NCBI GenBank assembly: GCA_963760795.1
Contig: CAVXEP010000030.1
Coordinates: 64,001-128,000 of the forward strand
Source of the DNA: an uncultured delta proteobacterium
GTDB lineage: Bacteria; Desulfobacterota; Binatia; UBA9968
Reading direction: 5' to 3'
DNA length: 64,000 nt
The notes under the pieces were generated by a model. The model was not told the origin of the DNA and searched no databases. It saw only the letters and a list, made by a program, of their open reading frames with translations. Shown in pieces: positions 52,647 through 61,492 of the stretch (position 1 is its first letter; every line of letters starts with the position of its first letter). The translations under genes and the position numbers were made by a program.

Positions 52647-53528
52647 ATGCAAGGTTTGGATTGGGATGATCTCCGTTCTTTCCTCGCGGTGATCGAGCGC
52701 GGTTCCATTTCCGGCGCGGCAAAGTTTCTCAAAGTAAACCATTCTACGGTGCTCCGCCGCCTGGCAAGTTTGGAGAAGCGGCTTGGTGCTCGGCTGTTCA
52801 ACCGCTTGCCGAAAGGGTACGAGCCAACCGCGCAGGGAGAGGAGCTCCGCAATCGACTACAGGGCGTAAGCGAACAGATCGATAGCGCGCAAAGGAGTTT
52901 GAGCGGGCGGGACCTCGAAGTCGCGGGGACCATTCGCATCACGACCACCGATACCTTGGCGCACCGGCTGCTGATGCCTTATCTCGCTGAGTTTCGCGCC
53001 TTGAATCCGGCGATTCAGATAGAGATCGTGATCAACAATAGCTTCTCAAATTTGACCCGCCGCGAAGCCGATATTGCGCTGCGTCCATCGAATACGGTTC
53101 CGGAGAATCTTGTCGGCAGGCGCATTGGTTGTCTTCGGACAGCTATCTATGCCGCGAAGAAATACCTGAAGGAGAACGGCAGAAAGAAAGAATGGGCCGC
53201 CCACGTTTGGGTCGCGCCGGATGAAGCGTTATCGCATTTGGCCCAAGCAAAATGGATGCGAGACAATATTCCCCCAGATCGCATCGTGGTCCGTATCGAC
53301 AGTCTTCTAGGGATGGTTGCTGCCGTGCGCGACGGTATGGGAGTGGGACTGCTGTTATGCATTCTCGTCAAGGATGAACCCGATATTGTGCCTCTGGCGG
53401 AACCGATAAACGAACTCGAAACCGACCTTTGGATCCTGACCCATCCCGCTCTCAAGGGCGTCGCTCGAGTCAAAGCATTGTCTGACTTCCTCTACACTAG
53501 GCTGCGCGCGAACTACAGCCTCAGCTGA
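52647..53528 (+). CDS. LysR family transcriptional regulator
   Basis: LDWDDLRSFLAV..GSISGAA..VNHSTVLRR, RREADIALR; divergent from cupin-azoR. Confidence 0.94.
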   Translation: MQGLDWDDLRSFLAVIERGSISGAAKFLKVNHSTVLRRLASLEKRLGARLFNRLPKGYEPTAQGEELRNRLQGVSEQIDSAQRSLSGRDLEVAGTIRITTTDTLAHRLLMPYLAEFRALNPAIQIEIVINNSFSNLTRREADIALRPSNTVPENLVGRRIGCLRTAIYAAKKYLKENGRKKEWAAHVWVAPDEALSHLAQAKWMRDNIPPDRIVVRIDSLLGMVAAVRDGMGVGLLLCILVKDEPDIVPLAEPINELETDLWILTHPALKGVARVKALSDFLYTRLRANYSLS

Positions 53529-53574
53529 AGGTGCGCATCCCAAGCTTATCGGGCTACGTTTACCATGACGCGAG

Positions 53575-53705
53575 CCCGGCTTATGGTGTTCCGGCTCAGG
53601 GGGTCTGAGACCCGAAGGCGAGTAGCTCAAGGACTGGCGAGACTAATATCGGCAATGAGCACCTTGAACATTGAGCAAGCATTGCCTTGATTCTGCGAGC
53701 TGTTA
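53575..53705. repeat. ~130-bp direct repeat, copy 2
   Basis: Matches 50728-50856. Confidence 0.92.
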
Positions 53706-53864
53706 GAGGTTGCCACATAGAAACTTCGGTGATATGGCAGAAAATCATGACCCAAGCTCGAACGAACCATCATCATTGCGGGCGAAGTTTTGATGCAGAC
53801 GCAACTATGTTGAATCATTGTTGTGCCTATCTCTTGCGCGTGCCTTAACCAGGAGAAGTGAAAC

Positions 53865-55415
53865 ATGATTACTCGTTATCACGGCTCCAAAAGCATGTTG
53901 GCGATTCTCGTATTTGCCTTGCTCGTGAGCGCGTGCGCTCCCGCGATCAACTGGAATTATCCGCGCACCCCGTCGAATACCTTCGCATCTCCGCAAACCA
54001 CTACCGTCGGCGCGTTGTTTCAGGAAGCGGCCGACAAACATCCGGGACTATCCGGCTTCTCTCTTATTCGCGACGGTAGTACGGCGTTTATGGCTCGGTT
54101 GGGGATGGCCGACTTAGCTGAAAAGACGCTCGACGGGCAATATTACATCTGGGATAGCGACACCACCGGGCTGATCTTAGCCGACCGGCTGCTGCGTGCC
54201 GCGGACCGCGGCGTCCGTGTGCGCTTGTTGATCGACGACCATTATATGTCGGAAACCAGAGACGCCAACATTGCCGCGCTCGACGCCCATCCCAACATCG
54301 AGATTCGTTTCTTCAACCCGATCAGGAACCGGCGTTGGCGCGTTATGAGCTTTTTGGCCGAGTTTGGCCGTGCCAACCATCGGATGCACAACAAGCTGTT
54401 CGTCATGGACAATGCCGTGGCAATTGTCGGCGGGCGCAACATCGCAGATACCTATTTTGGCGTAAAGGCGGATTACAACTTTCGCGATCTCGATGTTATG
54501 AACAGCGGTCCGATCGTCAACGAGTTGTCGACGAGCTTCGATATGTTCTGGAACAGCGAGTGGGCGCTACCGGTCGGTGCGGTCGTGAAAGAGGACGCCA
54601 CCGAACGGGAATTGGCGAAATTTAGGACACGGCTAGCGGAAAAACTCGCTGCCACCGGCTATCCCTATCCGATCGACGAACATTTGGCCGATCTTCGCAC
54701 GCGCTTGGTCAAGATCCGGGACAATTTCATCTGGGCGCCCGGCAAAGTTGTCGTCGAGCATCCCTCCAGGGTCAACGCCAATGCGGACAACATCATCGCT
54801 TTGGCACTCCGCCAACGGGTCAGTGAGGTGGAGCGCGAACTGTTGATCGAGTCGCCGTACTTCATATTGGGCGACGTGACTATCGAGAGGGTGCGACAAC
54901 TCACATCTCGAGGCGTCAAGGTGCGTGTGATGACCAATTCCGCGGCCTCCCATGACGTGCTCCCGGCGCTGGCCGGCTATGTCTATACGCGCAAGAAACT
55001 GCTCAACGCCGGCGTCGAGCTGTACGAGCTGCGTCCGGATAGCAATATGAAACGAGATTGGTCGGCCTTGGCCGGTCAATCGAAAGCTGCGTTGCATGCC
55101 AAGTCCCTTGTGTTCGACCGCAAGTCCGTGTTCATCGGGAGTTTCAATCTCGACCCTCGATCGACGGCCCTCAACACCGAGATCGGTGTGATCATCGATA
55201 GTCCGGAGATTGCCGGGCAGGTGGGAGAGTTGATGGATGAAGGGGTCTCCCCCGGCAGCGCCTATCGCGTCACGCTCGACAACAACGAGAATCTGCTCTG
55301 GAGCGCTGAAAACAACGCGGAAAAAGTGCAGTACGACAGAGACCCGGAAACAAGTTTCATGTACCGGTTCGCCATCGGCCTCATCGGCATGCTGCCGATC
55401 GAAGACCAATTATAG
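53865..55415 (+). CDS. Phospholipase D family lipoprotein (ClsC/YmdC-like)
   Basis: Two HKD motifs (HNKLFVMD, HAKSLVFD); lipobox VSAC. Confidence 0.92.
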   Translation: MITRYHGSKSMLAILVFALLVSACAPAINWNYPRTPSNTFASPQTTTVGALFQEAADKHPGLSGFSLIRDGSTAFMARLGMADLAEKTLDGQYYIWDSDTTGLILADRLLRAADRGVRVRLLIDDHYMSETRDANIAALDAHPNIEIRFFNPIRNRRWRVMSFLAEFGRANHRMHNKLFVMDNAVAIVGGRNIADTYFGVKADYNFRDLDVMNSGPIVNELSTSFDMFWNSEWALPVGAVVKEDATERELAKFRTRLAEKLAATGYPYPIDEHLADLRTRLVKIRDNFIWAPGKVVVEHPSRVNANADNIIALALRQRVSEVERELLIESPYFILGDVTIERVRQLTSRGVKVRVMTNSAASHDVLPALAGYVYTRKKLLNAGVELYELRPDSNMKRDWSALAGQSKAALHAKSLVFDRKSVFIGSFNLDPRSTALNTEIGVIIDSPEIAGQVGELMDEGVSPGSAYRVTLDNNENLLWSAENNAEKVQYDRDPETSFMYRFAIGLIGMLPIEDQL

Positions 55416-55632
55416 GAGCTGTGCGGTGTATTGAACCAAAGGCCACTGTACAGGCTCAACGGTTTTGATACACTGATCATCGAACCCAATACTGCCGGCG
55501 AAGTTATCGGTTCCAGATGGGAGATTTCCTTACATGCCACGATTACGTAAGCCGCGCGCTGCAGAAGAGTAGACCTAAGCAGGTAGAAACTTCTATGCTC
55601 AACGCTTTCAGAAAAAAGCTATTAAATTAGAC

Positions 55633-55824
55633 GTCCACCGTTACGCAACGGTAGGCGCGACGATTTCCGGCGAACGGGGATCAGAAAGGAGAGGAAAACG
55701 ATTAAGGACAGAAAATGATGAAGATTGTGGAAATTATAGTCAGTCCCACCGCTGTATATGTCAATCAAGCGGTGGGCGCAACGAAAATCTCCGGCGGACG
55801 GGGATCAGAAAGGACAGGAGAACT
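55633..55824 (+). promoter_or_regulatory. Tandem two-hairpin leader motif ending in RBS
   Basis: TCCGGCGRACGGGGATCAGAAAGGASAGGA at 55666 and 55790, each preceded by a CACCG...CGGT hairpin. Confidence 0.55.
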
Positions 55825-56235
55825 ATGAAGGTTGCAAATCTAGGGCGGGCGGTTGGCCTCGCGTCGGTAATCTTGCTGGGCGCCCTCGGCAGTGCCAGCG
55901 CTGCGGATCAATGGGCCGTGATCAGCGAGAAGACGATCAAGGCCACCGATCCAAGCACCGAGATCAAGGCCGAAGCGGGAAAGATGTGGAAGGAGAAGAT
56001 CAGGCAGACCAAGATCTCGGTCGAGGGCGCTGACGTGCAGATCACCAAGGTCGTCCTCAAATGGAATAATCGTAAGGACGATACCATCACGAATCTCGGA
56101 ACCGTGAAGGCGGGAGGAGAAACCGCTCCGAAGGACGCGCCCGGACGCGAGGCCGCCCTGACGTCGGTGGCGGTCCAGTACAAGATCCTCAATAATAAAC
56201 CGACAGCCACCATCAAAGTTTGGGCTTTGGACTGA
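55825..56235 (+). CDS. Secreted hypothetical beta-rich protein
   Basis: AGGAG RBS; signal peptide ending ASA. Confidence 0.8.
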   Translation: MKVANLGRAVGLASVILLGALGSASAADQWAVISEKTIKATDPSTEIKAEAGKMWKEKIRQTKISVEGADVQITKVVLKWNNRKDDTITNLGTVKAGGETAPKDAPGREAALTSVAVQYKILNNKPTATIKVWALD

Positions 56236-56477
56236 GCGGGTGTGAACACCGCCGCGGACATGTAACTCCGATCAACGCGCGGAAGCGAGGCGATTACGTC
56301 ACGTGGAAGCTACGGCGTTCACGTCTCACGGTCACGGCGAGGCTTCGGCACACCGAAGCCTCGCCAGCCGTGAATCATTCTCCTACGCCCCGCTTCATCC
56401 CCCTTGTCTGTAAATCCCTGGTACGCATACGATCACATCAGTAAGCGTCCATGGTACTCAAAGCGAGCCGTGGCGTC

Positions 56478-56640
56478 TTAGAGCAGTTCGTTAATCATAT
56501 AGAAAGCGTTATCTTTCAATTTGTGCCATAGTCCGCGTTTGCGTCAGGCCTCAAGCTCAACTTCCTTGCAATCGGGCGCGTACTTTTCGAAGACTGCATC
56601 GAGCCGCTGTGCCGTTGCCGGCTCCAGAATGCCGGGGAGG
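56478..56640 (-). pseudogene. Cardiolipin synthase-like C-terminal relic
   Basis: AQRLDAVFEK...ELEA*RKRGLWHKLKDNAFYMINELL*. Confidence 0.45.
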
Positions 56641-56645
56641 GAAAC

Positions 56646-56720
56646 GGGGTCGGGAGTCTTTTACTTTCGCTTTGGACGACCGCGCGAATTCATTGTCGCT
56701 TCAAGCCCACAAGGTTAGGC
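56646..56720 (-). mobile_element. RAYT-like transposase 3' end relic plus terminal motif
   Basis: GLEATMNSRGRPKRK* followed by AAGACTCCCGACCCC. Confidence 0.6.
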
Positions 56721-56797
56721 AATAAGCCAATGCTCAGGCATGATCCTGGCCCCTTGCTCTATTTCCGCTATTTCCCCCGGCTTCGGACTTCCAACGG

Positions 56798-57712
56798 TCA
56801 CTCGGGGAGCGGGATAAACTCAGGATCACCTGGAACCGGCGCGAACCGGCCGCTCTTCCAATCCGACTTGGCTTGCTCGATCCGCTCGCGCGAGCTTGAG
56901 ACGAAGTTCCACCAAACATGACGCGGACTATCGAGCGGTTCACCGCCGAAAAGGACGAACCGAGCGGCCGATACAGCCTTGATTGTAATCTCGTCGCCGG
57001 ATGAGAAGACCAGAAGTCGGCCCGGCTCAAATCTTTGGCCATGAATGTCGACGTCCCCTTCCAAGAGATAAATCCCGCGTTCGTCATAATCGTTATTGAG
57101 CAGGAACGAAGCTCCGGAATCGACAGCCGCATCGGCATAAAACAGCTGCGAGAGAGTCTTGACCGGCGATGCCTTGCCGAAAAGTGAGCCGGCGATGATG
57201 CGAACGGTCTTTCCTTCACCATCGATTTGGGGCAGCAAGTCGGCGCCGTAATGCGTGAAGTCAGGGGCCATCTCCTCGTACTGTTTCGGCAGCGCGACCC
57301 AGATCTGAATGCCGGAGAGTTTCTGGCGCCGTTTTCTGAGCTCGTTATCGGAGCGCTCGGAGTGTACGATTCCGCGTCCGGCGGTCATCCAGTTAACCGC
57401 GCCGGGCTCGATGGCTTGCACGCTGTTGAGACTGTCCCGATGAACGATCGTGCCCTCGAACAGATAGGTCACGGTGGCAAGACCGATGTGCGGATGCGGT
57501 CGGACGTCGATCCCAGAACCGGGCGCCAGCTCAGCAGGTCCCATCTGGTCGAAGAAAACGAACGGACCGACATTTCGCCGCTCCGCAGACGGCAGTACAC
57601 GACGGACTTCAAATCCGCCGATGTCGCGCGGCCGCGGGACCACGATAGTTTCCAGTGCCCTGCACGCCGGTGCCATCTTCGCCTGGGGCTCTTCAGCCGG
57701 TAGCCAACTCAT
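56798..57712 (-). CDS. Pirin family protein
   Basis: RPHPHIGLATVTY, WMTAGRGIVHSE. Confidence 0.95.
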   Translation of the reverse strand: MSWLPAEEPQAKMAPACRALETIVVPRPRDIGGFEVRRVLPSAERRNVGPFVFFDQMGPAELAPGSGIDVRPHPHIGLATVTYLFEGTIVHRDSLNSVQAIEPGAVNWMTAGRGIVHSERSDNELRKRRQKLSGIQIWVALPKQYEEMAPDFTHYGADLLPQIDGEGKTVRIIAGSLFGKASPVKTLSQLFYADAAVDSGASFLLNNDYDERGIYLLEGDVDIHGQRFEPGRLLVFSSGDEITIKAVSAARFVLFGGEPLDSPRHVWWNFVSSSRERIEQAKSDWKSGRFAPVPGDPEFIPLPE

Positions 57713-57823
57713 ATGGATCTCCTTGGGAGGGCAGATTAGGTGAACTGCCAAATAATCTTACGCAGGAACTTGTCGTGAATCCAACCGGCAAATCCATTCA
57801 CGGTGCCGCCCTCGGCCACCGGG

Positions 57824-58014
57824 TGCGGCCTAGGGCGGCCGCGTCCACCGGCAAATCGCTGGGCTTAGCTGCGCGCCGCGCGCGACGGCACGGCGATCGC
57901 GAGCAAGCAGTTGTCGAATTGGGAGCAAGGAACGGCTGGAAGAATGTAAAGATTGAAAGCCCTGGCCGCAGATCTCTTTCCGAGCGGCAAGATAGTCAGG
58001 TTATAAAAGTCTGA
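57824..58014 (+). repeat. Repeat family member ending in the GTTATAAAAGTCTGA motif
   Basis: Similar to the 43518, 36706 and 37311 bodies; end matches 752-778. Confidence 0.8.
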
Positions 58015-58235
58015 TCCTTTCTCTTTCCCTTTGGCATCTGCAAGTCCCTGGTGGCATTCCAGTCCTGCCCCCAGGGAAAACTTTCCAAATGGCTAGAAGC
58101 GCCGAGGTAAAAGTTTTAGCATATAGAGCAAGAAGGAAATCCGACCGTCTCCTTTTTGAATAGATCCGACAATGCCATGAAAATAACTTTAACGTCTGGA
58201 TTACCCGCATCCATCGAGTCAACAGGAGTTTTAGT

Positions 58236-59501
58236 ATGCGCTTTTATTTCGCTCTCATTCTTGTCGCCCTGTGGGCGACGTCGGCCCGAGCAATCGAACC
58301 GGCGGACTATAAGTATCCTTATCCCGATCCCTACTTGGCAACCGCCACCCTCTCGATCTTGAGCGACGACGGCGCGACGTCGGCCGCCCAATCGACCATC
58401 GTCCGCGTGCCGGGACTTCGAGGCAGAAATAATCTGCCTTCTCTCCAAGGACGCGGCGACGTGAGTCTGGCGCTTTATCGCCAAAACCGCGTGGCGCCGC
58501 TGCTTTTCATTCTTCCCGGCCTGGGCTCGAGTCCCTACTTCGGGATCGCGCCGTATTTGGCGAACCTGTTCCATCGAGAGGGTTTTCACGTGGTGGTTTT
58601 ACCCTCGCCGATGAGCTGGAACTTCGCGTTATCGGCGAGTCGCAGCGGCGCACCCGGTTACGCGCCGGAGGACGCCCGTGATCTCTACGAAGTAATGCAA
58701 AAAACTCTCAAGCTCTTGCGCGACCGACACAACGTCAGGACCACCGCGATTAATTTTCTGGGGGTCAGTTTAGGCGCCCTTGAAGGCGCGCATTTGAGCG
58801 TCATCGATGCCGACGAAGGCAAGATCGGCATCGCCAAATATCTCCTGGTAAACCCGCCCGTCGAACTCGCTTACGCCGTCAGTAAAATCGATGAATGGAA
58901 AACGTTGGACAGAAAGTTGGGCAAAGAGAAGTCTCTACAAGTCATATCGAATGCGCTTGCCATCATCGATTCGTTTGCCAAGGCAAAGCGGGACGACCCC
59001 GAGGTCTTCGAGCAATTAGCGAAAAAGTTCGCCGCTTTCAAGAGAGAAGAGATGCAATTCCTCTTCGCCGAAAACCTGCAAAGCCAGCTCGCCGAACTGA
59101 TCTACGTCACCCAAGTGATTCAGGACCAGAGAGTGCTTACTGCCCCGAGAAATGACAAAAGAAAAAGGCTGGAGGAAGCTAAGGACTTTACGTTCACTGA
59201 CTACGATCGAAAAATAGCTCTCCCCCTATGGCGAAGGCAAAAAGGAGATTTGCAGGCCGAACCGCAAAGCTTCGTTCAACAGGGGTCATTGGCGAGCATC
59301 TACGATCGGCTGCGTGGTAATCCTAAAGTGCACATCGTTCACAACGCCGATGATTTCTTCGCCGAGAAATCGTCCATTGAAGCGCTCAAAGAAGCCTTGG
59401 GCGACCAAGTGATGCTTTATCCACGTGGCGGGCATCTGGGCAACATATGGTATCCGGAAAATAAAGAATACGTACTCAAATACTTCCAAGCGCGTCGCTG
59501 A
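58236..59501 (+). CDS. Secreted alpha/beta hydrolase
   Basis: Signal peptide; ILPGLG, GVSLGA, HNADD, GGHLGN. Confidence 0.85.
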   Translation: MRFYFALILVALWATSARAIEPADYKYPYPDPYLATATLSILSDDGATSAAQSTIVRVPGLRGRNNLPSLQGRGDVSLALYRQNRVAPLLFILPGLGSSPYFGIAPYLANLFHREGFHVVVLPSPMSWNFALSASRSGAPGYAPEDARDLYEVMQKTLKLLRDRHNVRTTAINFLGVSLGALEGAHLSVIDADEGKIGIAKYLLVNPPVELAYAVSKIDEWKTLDRKLGKEKSLQVISNALAIIDSFAKAKRDDPEVFEQLAKKFAAFKREEMQFLFAENLQSQLAELIYVTQVIQDQRVLTAPRNDKRKRLEEAKDFTFTDYDRKIALPLWRRQKGDLQAEPQSFVQQGSLASIYDRLRGNPKVHIVHNADDFFAEKSSIEALKEALGDQVMLYPRGGHLGNIWYPENKEYVLKYFQARR

Positions 59502-59591
59502 ACGAAAGCGATTTGTCTAGCCCGCCCATCGAGTCTTAGGTATCAACAGTATCGCTCTCCGCTAGGAGGCTTCGTCGGTCTCACCACGTTG

Positions 59592-59677
59592 TCAACGTGA
59601 GAGCGCGGTCCTGTTGTTTCAGTTTGGAATTGTTGGATTTCCTACCGATCCCGGCAGAAGACCCGACGAGTAACGCT
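59592..59677. repeat. Dispersed repeat, second copy of 3386-3478
   Basis: Shared 37-nt core. Confidence 0.7.
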
Positions 59678-60051
59678 GCGTGTTCGTCACCGTTATCCAC
59701 CGCATGACATCTGACAGCTCTCCGTCTGAACGCGGCCCAGACAGTAAGCTGTTGTGCATGCCCGTACGGTGATGAGTTTCAGCGAGAGTTTTTTCAAATT
59801 GCAGAAAAACGGCGGGCTTCGGGCTTCTCGAACAACTCTAACCGACCAACGCGCCGGTTTAGGACATGTTACGCAGTTGATTCAGCCTGAACGTAAAATC
59901 CGCAATGATTTCAGTAGTGGTCTCGTTCGTCCCGCGACTCTCGATGCCTGAAAATCGAGTTTTTCAACAGCCTTATGATTTGACCCTTCCGGTTGCTGAT
60001 CCGGTGCCGCAATGCGTTGTCGTTTCCGATAGGCAAGATAGTCGAGTTATA

Positions 60052-60182
60052 GATTCTGCTGAAAAACTCTATGAATGCTTCGACCAGGCTCAGCACAAAC
60101 GGATAAGCTCCAATGATTTCAACCGCTCCGACGTTCGTCCTGAGGCTCTCGAAGGATGAACGGAGGGTTTTTCAGCAGAATC
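60052..60182. mobile_element. 131-bp MITE with 18-bp terminal inverted repeats and apparent 7-bp TSD
   Basis: GATTCTGCTGAAAAACTC / GGGTTTTTCAGCAGAATC (17/18); AGTTATA at 60045-60051 and 60183-60189. Confidence 0.85.
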
Positions 60183-60343
60183 AGTTATAAAAGTCTGACC
60201 TTTTGCTTTGACGCGCGAAATTTTGACCGGTTTTTTTCTTGCGCGAAAGGACTTGGCCAAGAGTCAATGCATGTTAAAATTATAACCGAATAACCCGCCG
60301 ACGCGGCGGTGATCGCCGTATTTATCTTAGTAAGGAGATAATC

Positions 60344-61261
60344 ATGCGTTTGGGATTTGCACTTCCACAGGTAGGTTCGATCGCCGGACCGGAGGCATTG
60401 GTCAGGGTTGCCAAGCGCGCCGAAGATTTGGCTTTCGACAGCCTTTGGGTTCTTGATCGCATACTCTGGCCGGTCAGTCCGCGGGCGCCGTATCCGATCG
60501 GCGACGGTTCTTTACCGGTTCAATATAAGAACGTGCTCGATCCCGTCGACACGCTGACGTTCGCCGCCGCGCACACCAGCCGCATCGCTCTGGCAACCGG
60601 TGTGCTCAACCTTCCCTGGTACAATCCGGTTTTGTTGGCGCGGCGGCTGACCACTCTCGATGTTTTGTCGGGCGGACGGCTGCGGGCGGGATTCGGCATC
60701 GGCTGGTCGCCGGATGAATACGAAGCGGCCGGCGCGCCTTGGCAGGATCGCGGCAAACGCGCAGATGAAGCGATCGCGATACTGAAGAAAATCTGGACGA
60801 CCGATCCGGTGGAGTTTCACGGCAAGCATTTTCGCATTGCAAAATCGTTCATCGGGCCCAAGCCGGTGCAGAAACCGCATCCGCCGATCTATATGGCGGC
60901 ATTTACGCCTTCTGCCATGAAACGCGTCGCTGCCGAGGCCGACGCCTGGCTTCCGGTGGGTATTCCGCTAGCCGGAATCGGAGCGATGTTTAATGACATC
61001 AAGAACATGGCAAAAGCGGCCGGTCGCGATGCCGCCGCGCTCGAGCTGATTATTACGGCGGGCGTCGAAATTCATAAAACGCCCGTCGAAAAAGAACGGA
61101 CCGAGTTTACCGGGACGCTCGAGCAGATCGGCGAAGATTTCGCGACGGCGAGGAAACTCGGCGCAGCGGAGATCGCGATTTACGCGCAATTTTTGCCGCC
61201 CGGGGAAACCGCCGAAGATCTTATCACGCGAATGGAAACTCTCCGGACGATCGCAAAGTAA
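60344..61261 (+). CDS. LLM-class (probable F420-dependent) oxidoreductase
   Basis: GFALPQ, FDSLWVLDR, LDVLSGGRL, PKPVQKPHPPI. Confidence 0.9.
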   Translation: MRLGFALPQVGSIAGPEALVRVAKRAEDLAFDSLWVLDRILWPVSPRAPYPIGDGSLPVQYKNVLDPVDTLTFAAAHTSRIALATGVLNLPWYNPVLLARRLTTLDVLSGGRLRAGFGIGWSPDEYEAAGAPWQDRGKRADEAIAILKKIWTTDPVEFHGKHFRIAKSFIGPKPVQKPHPPIYMAAFTPSAMKRVAAEADAWLPVGIPLAGIGAMFNDIKNMAKAAGRDAAALELIITAGVEIHKTPVEKERTEFTGTLEQIGEDFATARKLGAAEIAIYAQFLPPGETAEDLITRMETLRTIAK

Positions 61262-61283
61262 GCTCACTGTTGAACGCATCGGC

Positions 61284-61401
61284 TCGCATCGCGATACACG
61301 TTGACCGACGAGGAAGCACGCAATTTCTACCAAGCGGACTGCAATCTATATTTACCAACCGAATCGGGTGGGCTAAAAGCCATCTTAAAGCTGCTGGCTT
61401 G
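61284..61401 (+). pseudogene. mrr: Mrr restriction protein N-terminal relic
   Basis: LASRYTLTDEE, frameshift, FLPSGLQSIFTNRIGWAKSHLKAAGL. Confidence 0.65.
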
Positions 61402-61492
61402 CATGATCTGACCCCCGGCACTTGCCACTCCAGGCTAATGCGCGGCCTTTGCCTGAACCAGTCGCGATAAGTTCGGGGTCGATTGGCGTAAC

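Noticed and set aside
50728-53705. Integron attC sites
   Set aside because: No matching RYYYAAC/GTTRRRY pair or full-length palindrome, and no integrase
56400-56445. tRNA-Tyr (CTGTAAATC)
   Set aside because: No D arm, T arm or acceptor stem
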